A stretch of 64,000 bases of DNA from Candidatus Pacearchaeota archaeon (lineage in GTDB: Archaea > Nanobdellota > Nanobdellia > Pacearchaeales > GW2011-AR1). The notes beneath the pieces were generated by a model. That model was given only the letters and a program-made list of their open reading frames with translations. It was not told the origin of the DNA and did no database searches. The stretch spans positions 627,262 through 691,261 of the forward strand of contig JBAZXH010000001.1 in assembly GCA_041659945.1 (NCBI GenBank). The letters run 5' to 3'. Below are positions 26,011-34,704 of this stretch, one piece after another. Within the stretch, counting starts at the first letter, position 1, and the number at the start of each line of letters is the position of its first letter. Position numbers and translations under genes: made by a program.

Positions 26011-26646
26011 ATGAAATATCATTGTTTAGTTGATGAAGTTAAAGCAATAAGAGATTTGCCCGATGAAGTATCTTTGAGCAGGCCTGAAGCCTATAAACAG
26101 GTAATTGAAGGGTATAGACCTAAAAGTGGAGTTTTAAGACAAAGATTAGATAAGGGAGTAATGGTTGTTAGCGAGTTTGATGCTTTGGCTGAAAGAGTTG
26201 GAGGATTGAAAGCCCTGCATCCAAATAGATATGATGAAGAAACTTTTAAAAGACTTAGAGATATGAGAGTAATTATTGGAGGTGATTTTGGGCCTTATTC
26301 TAGTGCAGATTCTTTAATTATAAATCCTGTTGGTAGTGGAGGAATTCTTGCATTTTGTTTTGAGACAGCATATCTTTCAGCTGTTGGACTTAGAGGAATA
26401 TCAAGAATTGGTAGAAGAGCAGTTGCAAATTTTACTGATGATTTGGATAAAGAAAAGCGTTTGAGACAATTAGGTATAACTAGAAGAGATTTTTTAAAAG
26501 GAAGTTTAGGAACTGCTGCTCTTGGAGGGGTTAGTGGAGGATTTTTAGGCGGATTTGCTTCATTGGGTTTAATAAATAACATAAGTGTGAAAAGAGAATT
26601 AGCAGTGTTGGTGGACGATGTAGTAAAAGAAGCTTATGGAATTTAA
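26011..26646 (+). CDS. hypothetical protein with internal twin-arginine-like motif and C-terminal hydrophobic segment
   Basis: 211 aa. ITRRDFLKGSLGTAALGG sits at about residue 155, followed by GGFLGGFASLGLI. Confidence 0.5.
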   Translation: MKYHCLVDEVKAIRDLPDEVSLSRPEAYKQVIEGYRPKSGVLRQRLDKGVMVVSEFDALAERVGGLKALHPNRYDEETFKRLRDMRVIIGGDFGPYSSADSLIINPVGSGGILAFCFETAYLSAVGLRGISRIGRRAVANFTDDLDKEKRLRQLGITRRDFLKGSLGTAALGGVSGGFLGGFASLGLINNISVKRELAVLVDDVVKEAYGI

Positions 26647-26706
26647 AATTTTTCTTTTTAATTCTACTATATAAATCTTTAAAAGTTTATTATATCTTAA
26701 GCAATC

Positions 26707-26919
26707 ATGAAATCAAAATCAGGACTTGAAAATAAAACAGCCACTAAATTTACTCAAGTTGTTGATCAATTTCAACAATATATTCAAGAAAAAAGTAATT
26801 TGGAGCATTATTTTACAAATTTAGTTAGAATTACTTTAGGTATACCTATAATTAATTATCAAGTTATTTCACACAAAAATGCTCTTGTTCATTCTTCTCC
26901 ATATCACAGGATAATATAA
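26707..26919 (+). CDS. hypothetical small protein
   Basis: 70-aa ORF behind a duplicated promoter-like motif (26650-26685). Confidence 0.3.
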   Translation: MKSKSGLENKTATKFTQVVDQFQQYIQEKSNLEHYFTNLVRITLGIPIINYQVISHKNALVHSSPYHRII

Positions 26920-27247
26920 AATATTATAAAGATTTTCTCTAATCTTCATCACATAAATCTTTAAAAATTTGAAGTTATGTTCATGTTTATGGCAGACAGT
27001 ACAAAAGAAAGAAAAAAAGATATAAAAGAAGTAGGTTTAGGAGAGCTAGTTAGCAGAATTATTGATCTTAATATTATAACTCATGACAATGGAGGCATTA
27101 TAAAATAAGGCTCTACTGATGCTCATGATTTAAGTGAAGCTAATTTAGTGAACGAACAAAAGTTGGGTATAATGTATGAAGAGATTCAGAGAAGGGATGA
27201 AGCATTAAGAGCTCAAGGATTTTATTAGTAATTAAATAAAAAACAAA

Positions 27248-28870
27248 ATGACCGATTCAAAACCAGTTTACATATCACCTGAAAATGTTCAGCGAATGCT
27301 TGGACAGGATGCTCAGAGAAATAATATTCTAGCTGCACGAATAGTTGCAGATACTGTGAAAACTACACTTGGGCCTAAAGGCATGGATAAGATGCTTGTT
27401 GATGCTAGCGGAAATGTTGTGATTACAAATGATGGCGTTACAATTCTTGAGGAAATGGAAATTGAACATCCGGCAGCAAAGATGATGGTGGAAATTGCAA
27501 AAACTCAGGAAAATGAAGTTGGTGATGGTACAACAACTGCAGTTATGATTGCAGGAAAATTGCTTGAAAATGCTGAAAAATTACTTGATAAGAAAATTCA
27601 TCCGACCGTTATAACTAAAGGTTATCAGTTGGCTGCTGAAAAGTCAATTGATTTTTTAAATCAAATTGGAACTAGAATCACAACTGATGATAATTTAACT
27701 TTGAGACAAATTGCAATAACATCAATGACCGGAAAGAGTGTTGAAAATGTTAAGGAAAAATTTGCAGATATTATTGTTGACTCTGTTAAACTTATTGAGG
27801 ATATGGGACAGATTGACTTGGATAATATTAAGATAGAAAAAATTAAGGGAGATGGAACAAAAGATACTGAGCTAGTTTCAGGAATTGTTTTGGATGCTGA
27901 AAAACTTAATATTGATATGCCAAAAACTGTTGAAAATGCGAGAATTGCTTTGCTTGATTTTGCACTTGAACTTAGAAATCCGGAAATTGAAACAAAGATA
28001 AGTATTTCCACACCTGAACAGTTACGGGGTTTTGTTGATTCTGAGGAAAAAATGCTAAAAGAAATGATTGAGGTTGTTAAAAAATCCGGAGCAAATGTTG
28101 TTTTTTGTCAAAAGGGAATTGATGATGTTGCACAGTATTATTTAACTAAAGCTAGAATTTATGCTTGTAGAAGAGTTGCCAGAAGTGATATGGAAAAATT
28201 ATCAATGGCTACTGGAGGAAAAATAGTTAGTAATTTAAGTGAGTTAAATAATGAAGACCTGGGAAGTTCTAAGAGTGTTGAAGAAATAAAAAAAGGGGGA
28301 AATGCTATGACTTATGTAAGAGGATGTTTGAATCCTAAAGCAATAACAATAATTGTGCGTGGAGGAAGTGATCATGTGATTGATGAAACAGAAAGAGCTA
28401 TTAGAGACGGTTTAGGTGATGTGAGTGCGGTTTTGAAAGATGGGATGGTTGTTGCTGGTGGGGGGGCTGTTGAAATTGAGCTGGCTAAACGACTAAGAGA
28501 ATTTTCACAAAGTTTGAATGGAAGGGAACAACTTGCTGTGGAAGAATTTGCCAGTGCACTTGAGTGTATTCCAATTACACTTGCAGAAAACGCAGGATTA
28601 GATCCAATTGATATGTTAACTGATTTGAAAGCTCAGCATGATAAGGGAAATAAAAATGTTGGTTTGAATTTATTTACCGGAAAGGTTGAAGATACTTTTG
28701 TTGCAGGTATCATTGAACCGCTGAGAATTAAAACCCAGGCAATTAGCTCATCATCTGAAGTTGCAACAATGATTTTGAGAATCGATGATGTTATTGCTAG
28801 CAATGGCAAGAAAAATGCAAGAGAGAATAAGTTTGGGGGAATGCAAAATCCTATGATGGGGTATGATTAA
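27248..28870 (+). CDS. ths: thermosome subunit (group II chaperonin)
   Basis: [43 protein letters not shown] and a C-terminal GGMQNPMMG tail are classic thermosome/CCT motifs. Confidence 0.95.
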   Translation: MTDSKPVYISPENVQRMLGQDAQRNNILAARIVADTVKTTLGPKGMDKMLVDASGNVVITNDGVTILEEMEIEHPAAKMMVEIAKTQENEVGDGTTTAVMIAGKLLENAEKLLDKKIHPTVITKGYQLAAEKSIDFLNQIGTRITTDDNLTLRQIAITSMTGKSVENVKEKFADIIVDSVKLIEDMGQIDLDNIKIEKIKGDGTKDTELVSGIVLDAEKLNIDMPKTVENARIALLDFALELRNPEIETKISISTPEQLRGFVDSEEKMLKEMIEVVKKSGANVVFCQKGIDDVAQYYLTKARIYACRRVARSDMEKLSMATGGKIVSNLSELNNEDLGSSKSVEEIKKGGNAMTYVRGCLNPKAITIIVRGGSDHVIDETERAIRDGLGDVSAVLKDGMVVAGGGAVEIELAKRLREFSQSLNGREQLAVEEFASALECIPITLAENAGLDPIDMLTDLKAQHDKGNKNVGLNLFTGKVEDTFVAGIIEPLRIKTQAISSSSEVATMILRIDDVIASNGKKNARENKFGGMQNPMMGYD

Positions 28871-28920
28871 CTGCTTAAGACACCTAACGGTTTCTTGAAA
28901 CATCAACTTCCCTTAATAAT
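28871..28920 (+). repeat. post-stop element (family 2, short form)
   Basis: Directly follows the thermosome TAA. CTTAAGACACCTAACGGTTTCTT...AACTTCCCTTAATAA aligns by eye with 3674-3692 plus 3753-3775, and with the tRNA-Gly intron core. Confidence 0.45.
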
Positions 28921-28984
28921 TTTTAAAGTATCACCCTCCTTTTAATAGTTTGAAAATCTGTAAACAATTGTTCATATATATCCA

Positions 28985-29085
28985 CATCACTTCTGTAAGT
29001 TTAATTTAAACATTTAATCTTGACTTAACCACTTTAAGCTTTGAATTTTGTGTTAACATAAATTCCTATGGTATGCTTTCAAATA
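28985..29085 (-). repeat. intergenic repeat family 1, copy C (more diverged)
   Basis: TATGGTATGCTTTCAAAT (29068-29084) vs rc(1579-1597) TATGGTATGATTTCAAAAT. ACTTCTGTAAGTTTAA and CTTTAAGCT blocks are shared with copy B. It ends ~5 nt from the stop of 29090..29581. Confidence 0.55.
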
Positions 29086-29089
29086 TATT

Positions 29090-29581
29090 TTAACATCTAG
29101 ACTCACTTTTTATCTTGCTTATGATGTTTGTGGTTGAGCTGTTTGTTTCTGCTGGAAGAATTGCAATTTTGCCATTATAACTTTCAACTATTTTTCTTTC
29201 ATCCTGATTAATTGTATCTAAATTATAATCTCCGCCTTTGGCATAGACTTCTGGTTTTAATTCTTCTAGGTATTTGGTTGGATGGGCTTCTGAGAAGATG
29301 ATAACTTTGTCAACACATTCTAGAGCTGCAATTAGCTCAGCTCTTTCACTTTCAGAAACTATTGGACGTGAAGGACCTTTAATTTCTCTGATTGAAGAAT
29401 CACTGTTAATTCCAACTATAAGCAAATCTCCGCAGGCCTTTGCTTTTTGCAGATATCTAATGTGCCCTACGTGGAGTATGTCAAAACATCCGTTTGTCCA
29501 AACTACTTTTTTATCTGGATTAGAATTCTTGAAATTTTCAATATCTTTTTTTAGCTGTTCTAGATCTTTTATTTTATTCAT
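29090..29581 (-). CDS. cytidylyltransferase-family nucleotidyltransferase (RfaE domain II / heptose-1-P adenylyltransferase-like)
   Basis: VVWTNGCFDILHVGHIRYLQKAK (HxGH motif) and IVGINSDSSIR. Confidence 0.8.
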   Translation of the reverse strand: MNKIKDLEQLKKDIENFKNSNPDKKVVWTNGCFDILHVGHIRYLQKAKACGDLLIVGINSDSSIREIKGPSRPIVSESERAELIAALECVDKVIIFSEAHPTKYLEELKPEVYAKGGDYNLDTINQDERKIVESYNGKIAILPAETNSSTTNIISKIKSESRC

Positions 29582-29628
29582 AGATCTAGAAGTTAGATGG
29601 GATTTTTAAACACTTTTGAAGTTCCAGT

Positions 29629-30459
29629 TTACATTAACCTCGTTTCAAGAAGTTCGAATTTAACTGGAAGATTTGGATTGCCTTCTCTTTCATAGCCTGA
29701 TTGTGCTACAATTTTTGGAGGTTGAAATCTATTTTGTTTTAGAATTTCTTGTAGAACATCAAACTTCCCAAGAGTTGTTGAAAATCCAATTAGTAAATTT
29801 CCATTATCTCCTAGATAGCTTGTGCATTGTTCACCAAATCTTCTTAAATTTTTATAACCTGGATCCCACACTGCTTGATGTAGAAGATCTAACTTTCCCT
29901 GTTCACCCCAATCTCCAAAGGGTATATTCCAAAAAATAGTATTATATCCATTTCCGGGAAGAGTATCAAAAAGATCTGATTCATAGACATCTGAACAATT
30001 GCCTTCTGGATCGTGAAGCAATCTATTAATCCTTGTGTTTCTAACTGCTATTGGATTAATGTCTGCAGCATGAACTGTAAATGAACTTCCAATTGGATGC
30101 TTTTTATTTGGAACTCTCATACTTCTTTTTATAACTTCACAGGTTACAACGCCAGTTCCACAACCCATTTCTAGAAAACCACCAAGTTCTACGTATTGAA
30201 CTCGCTTTGGAACTTCTTTTGCAAAGAAGGCAGTATCCTGAAAATAAGTTGGAGGAAAAACTCCAGGCATTACAACATACTGTATGCCATTTATCCATCC
30301 CATATAGGGCTCTTTTTCTTTTTGACTTTTTGAAAGAACTCTTGCAGTTCCCATCATTAATCTTCTGTAGGTTGCTTCATCAGAGGGCAATGTTGTAAAT
30401 TGTGCTCCTTCGTTTGCCTTTACTCCTAGATATCTTGTGATAACATGTATACTTTTCAT
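29629..30459 (-). CDS. HemK/RsmC-like SAM-dependent N-methyltransferase (operon III)
   Basis: VMPGVFPP, LEMGCGTGVV (motif I) and WNIPFG (an NPPY-type variant). Start set at the ATG at 30459, giving an ATGA overlap with the upstream stop. Confidence 0.65.
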   Translation of the reverse strand: MKSIHVITRYLGVKANEGAQFTTLPSDEATYRRLMMGTARVLSKSQKEKEPYMGWINGIQYVVMPGVFPPTYFQDTAFFAKEVPKRVQYVELGGFLEMGCGTGVVTCEVIKRSMRVPNKKHPIGSSFTVHAADINPIAVRNTRINRLLHDPEGNCSDVYESDLFDTLPGNGYNTIFWNIPFGDWGEQGKLDLLHQAVWDPGYKNLRRFGEQCTSYLGDNGNLLIGFSTTLGKFDVLQEILKQNRFQPPKIVAQSGYEREGNPNLPVKFELLETRLM

Positions 30460-30755
30460 TTTAGTTTTTCTTCTAAACAATTTAATACACGTGACCAGAA
30501 TTCAGGTGTTGCCTTTTCATTTGGGCTATTTTGACCACAGTCTATTAATGGCCATTTATATTCTGAATAAGCTATAATGGGGTGTGTTAGAGAATCATGA
30601 TGATGAGTAGAAGTTGCTAACACTACAGGTAATCCTAGCTGATCAGCTAATTCAGCAACTAAAATTCCTAGAGGTTGATTTGCTTCATCTTTTTCAATTG
30701 CTGTTCTTAGATCAGTATAATAATCTTTTGGAGCAGTAGCTTCGCGGTAGATCAT
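30456..30755 (-). CDS. hypothetical protein, possibly the C-terminal half of a receiver-like fold (operon III)
   Basis: 99 aa. LPVVLATSTHHHD (beta4 plus Thr/Ser-like) and AYSEYKWPL (beta5 Lys-like). Confidence 0.45.
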   Translation of the reverse strand: MIYREATAPKDYYTDLRTAIEKDEANQPLGILVAELADQLGLPVVLATSTHHHDSLTHPIIAYSEYKWPLIDCGQNSPNEKATPEFWSRVLNCLEEKLK

Positions 30756-30772
30756 ACCTAAAGTATTTCTTG

Positions 30773-31216
30773 CTATGGCTGTTGATGCTTCGTTTCCAAG
30801 GGTATCACTATTTTTTTAATTGCTCTAAATGTTGGATTTTCCTCACAATTTCCAGCATTATGTATAAAATATGCTCTTGCAATTTTTCTTAATTCCGGAT
30901 CGAGAGTTATTATTGCTCCTAATTTTTCAAGAGTTTCTAAAACTCTCATTTCTGTTTTGTCTGATCTTTGCATTCTATCAACTAATTCTAATCCTGAAGT
31001 TTTTGTTCCGCTACCAGTTATTTCTGGAAAGAAACAATCAGTAATTACTCCATTAAATCCTGAGGGAGTTCTAGCTAATAGTGCTTCGTGAGCCTGAAGA
31101 TAATCTTGAGCGTGTCTTAGTTGATAACCTCTTCCTTGAAGACATTCAATTGCTGCAGTTGAATAGTCAGTATTGTCCTCAACTAGTAAAATTCTTTTTT
31201 CTGCTTGCTCGGTCAT
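30773..31216 (-). CDS. CheY-like receiver-related protein (operon III)
   Basis: KRILLVEDN (beta1, acidic pair) and NGVITDCFFPE (beta3 Asp). The rest is atypical. Confidence 0.5.
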   Translation of the reverse strand: MTEQAEKRILLVEDNTDYSTAAIECLQGRGYQLRHAQDYLQAHEALLARTPSGFNGVITDCFFPEITGSGTKTSGLELVDRMQRSDKTEMRVLETLEKLGAIITLDPELRKIARAYFIHNAGNCEENPTFRAIKKIVIPLETKHQQP

Positions 31217-32595
31217 TTTCTAGGACCTCCAAATACGCATTGTAAACCAGTATATATACTTGTATTATGATCTTTTCCAATTCCTTGTGAAATTCCAAGT
31301 TGAGCTTCTAGATTATTACGGTGAGCGTAAAAATTTAATCCAACAGTGTCTTTAGATGCAGAAGCATTGTTTGTTGTATTACTTGTTGTAAAATCATGCT
31401 TTCCAAATCCGCTTATTCCTATTTGAGTATTTTTTTCAGGGTGAAACATATATCCAATTTCAGCTCTGATGCATCCACTTTCAGTTCCTTGATTATTTTG
31501 AAGATTTGCATCTAATCCTAGTACAAATCCTTCTTTAGAACGCATTGTTAATGGAACTCTTCCAAGTGTTAGAGCATATGGAAGTACTGTGTTTTCTGAA
31601 TATAATCCCTCATCTGAGGTTGAGTTATTCGTTAACCAACAAAATGGTATGTCTTTTCCTAGTGTAGGATTTTGAGCTAAGATTCCATGAAACTCTACAT
31701 TACTTGTATCTCTTTCTTCATTTCGATCATATCTTGCAAAGATTCTTGTGCCCCACTTTTCTTTTTCTCCAACATGACCATAATTTGCAGCTATACTTTT
31801 TGTTGTTGAATCATCAGCTTCTTGACTTAATCTTAGAGCTAAACCTAGTTGATCTGTTGCAGTTGGTAAATATCTTACTTTTGCTAAGAAGTGATTTGTT
31901 GTTCCTTCACTTGTTCTAACTGTATCAAAACCACCACCAATGTCTAATTTATCATTTTTCCAATCTCCGTAAATTCCTAAATGAGCTGAATCATTGTCTG
32001 TTGTTTCTCTTTCAGTGTATGGAAATACATGGTCTTTTTTATCACCAGCTATCTTTGCAGGTATTACTAATTCTTTTTTTACTAGCTTTGTTTCTTTTGA
32101 GTCTAATTTATCTCCCATTAAAATGAGTGTATAATCATTTTCATTTACAAAATATTCAGCTCCAATACCATTTGCTTCACTAGAATTTGTTAATCCATTT
32201 GTTGTTTTTTCAACGCCGAATAAAGTCAGTTTATCATTTAATCCCGTTACTTTTTTAAGTGGAATTTGAACTCCTGCTTCTAGACAGTTTACATCTGTTC
32301 CATTTTCTCTTCCAGTTGTTTGAATTATTCTTGCAGATTCAAAATATCTTGTCCACATATCATTTGGATCGAAGCTTTTGGGAGCAATTCCAACAGTTGT
32401 TGTTAGCAAGCTTGTTTGATTGCCACCTAAATATTCAGTTCCAACTCTTCCAGTAAATAGCCTTTGAGGTTTGACTTCTTCGATTTTCGCAGGAGAGGTT
32501 ATATCATCTGCAGCACTAATCCCTGTTGTTAATCCTGTTAAAACTACAGCTGCTCCTGCCAATGCTTTTTTTAATGTTGAACGTATGTTTGTCAT
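31213..32595 (-). CDS. secreted protein with beta-barrel-like amphipathic strand periodicity (operon III)
   Basis: Signal peptide KKALAGAAVVLTGLTTGISA|ADD. Many short alternating strands occur (GIGAEYFV, HLGIYGDW, LGLALRLSQ, GTRIFARYD, CIRAEIGYMF, VGLNFYAHR, SIYTGLQCVF). ATGA overlap with the downstream gene. Confidence 0.55.
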   Translation of the reverse strand: MTNIRSTLKKALAGAAVVLTGLTTGISAADDITSPAKIEEVKPQRLFTGRVGTEYLGGNQTSLLTTTVGIAPKSFDPNDMWTRYFESARIIQTTGRENGTDVNCLEAGVQIPLKKVTGLNDKLTLFGVEKTTNGLTNSSEANGIGAEYFVNENDYTLILMGDKLDSKETKLVKKELVIPAKIAGDKKDHVFPYTERETTDNDSAHLGIYGDWKNDKLDIGGGFDTVRTSEGTTNHFLAKVRYLPTATDQLGLALRLSQEADDSTTKSIAANYGHVGEKEKWGTRIFARYDRNEERDTSNVEFHGILAQNPTLGKDIPFCWLTNNSTSDEGLYSENTVLPYALTLGRVPLTMRSKEGFVLGLDANLQNNQGTESGCIRAEIGYMFHPEKNTQIGISGFGKHDFTTSNTTNNASASKDTVGLNFYAHRNNLEAQLGISQGIGKDHNTSIYTGLQCVFGGPRK

Positions 32596-32818
32596 TTTGT
32601 TTTCCTGGGCTGTTAAGCGCGATGCTTCATAACATTGATTTTATATAGTACTTTACCCTGAAATATCCGGTAGTTACTATTAAAGTAATTTTAAATCAAT
32701 TTATTTTTAACCGCTTATTTGTTAATGATTCATTCTCCTTTTAAACCTTTTGATGTGATGTAACTTGATGATAGTAACGACTAGGAAAGTTTATAAGCTG
32801 GACTTTTTGTAAGATAAA

Positions 32819-33808
32819 ATGGAAGATAATATTGTTATTGAGCTGACGTTAGATTGTGATAAGTTTTGCAGGCATTGTTTTCGTAGTTGTGGTATGACTC
32901 GAAAGCATGAAGAATCTGAAATGGAATTTCCAACTCTTACTCGGATATTGGATGAGGTTATTTGGACAAATGAACATCGGAATTTTAGAAAGATTAAAAG
33001 TGCTAATCTAACTGGTGGAGAACCAATTATTTGGGGCAGGAAAGAACATACAATTGGTGACGGAGTTAGAGCTGTTTTTAAAAGAGGGTTAAAACCAAGA
33101 ATTATAACCAGTAGTACTTGTCCGGGCGATAAGTTGTTTGATAGATATGTGAGTGGAGTTGAAAGTTTAGAAGGAGTTGGAGTGTTTGATGTTTTTCATA
33201 GTTTTAATCTATACATGATTGGTGAAGGTAATGAAACAGATAAAGGAAGAAGAATTGAAGATCGTTTAACTTTTACTATTCCTTTGTTTGATAATCTTTT
33301 TGGAGAAGATAGGCATTTGGGATTTCTTGGAGTTTATGATGCAAAAAATAGAGAAGAAACTTTAACTAGATTTCATGAGTTTATGAAAGGACTTGGTTTG
33401 AAAATGGTTAAAAGTCAGAGCACTCGAGATTGGGAAAAAAAGTCAGAGCAAGGGAAGAAAGTATGGTTTATTTATAGAGATGGTTCAAGAACTGCTGATG
33501 GAGAATTTTATCCAATAAAAAGTTGTGCGGGTCATGCAAAGGCAAATAATTTACAACCTGTTGCAATAAAAACACAATGTTATGTTTTAGATGGTGTTGG
33601 AATAAGACCAACAGTTGCTTGGGATGGGAAAGTTTATCCGTGTTGGGAAGAACATTTTCCAAGTACAAGACCACTTGGAAATCTTCACCAAGAACATTTA
33701 GCTACAATTTTGGGAAGAGAAAGAGCTTATCTTGAAGATTTAAGAGAACGGATAAAAAGAGGCTATGATAAGGGTACAGATATTTGTAAATTTTGTACAG
33801 AAAAATAG
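32819..33808 (+). CDS. radical SAM enzyme with Cys-rich C-terminus
   Basis: CDKFCRHC is the CX3CX2C motif at residues 13-20. NLTGGEP is a GGE-type SAM motif. C-terminal cysteines (CYVLDG...YPCW...ICKFC) are SPASM/twitch-like. Confidence 0.7.
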   Translation: MEDNIVIELTLDCDKFCRHCFRSCGMTRKHEESEMEFPTLTRILDEVIWTNEHRNFRKIKSANLTGGEPIIWGRKEHTIGDGVRAVFKRGLKPRIITSSTCPGDKLFDRYVSGVESLEGVGVFDVFHSFNLYMIGEGNETDKGRRIEDRLTFTIPLFDNLFGEDRHLGFLGVYDAKNREETLTRFHEFMKGLGLKMVKSQSTRDWEKKSEQGKKVWFIYRDGSRTADGEFYPIKSCAGHAKANNLQPVAIKTQCYVLDGVGIRPTVAWDGKVYPCWEEHFPSTRPLGNLHQEHLATILGRERAYLEDLRERIKRGYDKGTDICKFCTEK

Positions 33809-34363
33809 TTATTTTTTAAGATTTGAAAAACTAACAATCAGCTCTTTTTGACGAACTTCTGGATGAAATAAAACTCCGTAGATTGGTTTGATTTTATGCT
33901 TAAATGATTGGGGGCAGCTGTCTGCTTGGGCATAAACATTAAACTGTTTATTTAATTCTGGATAGAGGCCATGAAGATTATATACTTCATGCTTTCCTTT
34001 TTTTAAGCTTAGAAAATCGTTGTTAAATTGAACATTTATCAATCCAATTTGCTTTTTTTCTTTTAGTTGACTATTAAATATTAAACCAACTATCTCGGCT
34101 CCGGCACATATACCTAAAACTGGTTTGTTTGTTGTTTTTATCCAATTAAATTTAGCTAGGTTTTCTTTTTTCAAAAAGTCATTGTCAGCTAAACTTGTTC
34201 CTGAGATTATTATTTTTTCGGCTTTAGTCAGGTCACTTTTGTTTATGTTTGTGTAGTGTTTTGTAAGGAAAGAGATGTTATTTTCCATTAGAATACTTTC
34301 AATTGGTCTTACAAATTCCAGTTCGTGAAGGGAATTTTTACAGGTTGAAATTATAAGTATCAT
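33809..34363 (-). CDS. class I glutamine amidotransferase (GMP synthase subunit A-like)
   Basis: PVLGICAGAEIVG nucleophile elbow and GVLFHPEV His/Glu motif. Confidence 0.75.
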   Translation of the reverse strand: MILIISTCKNSLHELEFVRPIESILMENNISFLTKHYTNINKSDLTKAEKIIISGTSLADNDFLKKENLAKFNWIKTTNKPVLGICAGAEIVGLIFNSQLKEKKQIGLINVQFNNDFLSLKKGKHEVYNLHGLYPELNKQFNVYAQADSCPQSFKHKIKPIYGVLFHPEVRQKELIVSFSNLKK

Positions 34364-34398
34364 AACTAATTAATTTAAAAGGTGTTTATAAAACTAGA

Positions 34399-34644
34399 CT
34401 AATCTTTATTATTTAGATAACTTTCAGCAGCATGTTTAGAACCATAGAAGAATAGCACTTGTTTTGGAGTTGTGATACTTTTATCTATTTCTTCTGCAAC
34501 AATTTCTGCGTGATTTCTTCCCCAAGATTGTTCTGCCTGTGATATCTCACACCTAGAAATTAAGTATCCACTAACATTGCTAAAAATTAGGCTAAATGTT
34601 GCTAGGCAAATAAGAGCCAATAGGTTTTCCTGTGATGCTTTCAT
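34399..34644 (-). CDS. small N-terminally anchored hypothetical protein
   Basis: 81 aa with an N-terminal hydrophobic segment (LLALICLATFSLIF). Confidence 0.4.
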   Translation of the reverse strand: MKASQENLLALICLATFSLIFSNVSGYLISRCEISQAEQSWGRNHAEIVAEEIDKSITTPKQVLFFYGSKHAAESYLNNKD

Positions 34645-34704
34645 TAACTTTTCTTATATTAAGGGTTTATAAGTTTTTTCTTAGAATCAAGATGTATAAA
34701 CATA

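Noticed and set aside
27106-27108. The in-frame TAA as evidence for stop-codon reassignment or readthrough.
   Set aside because: TAA terminates many well-supported genes in the window at the expected length (thermosome, SOD, L10e and others). A pseudogene or chance ORF pair is far more likely.
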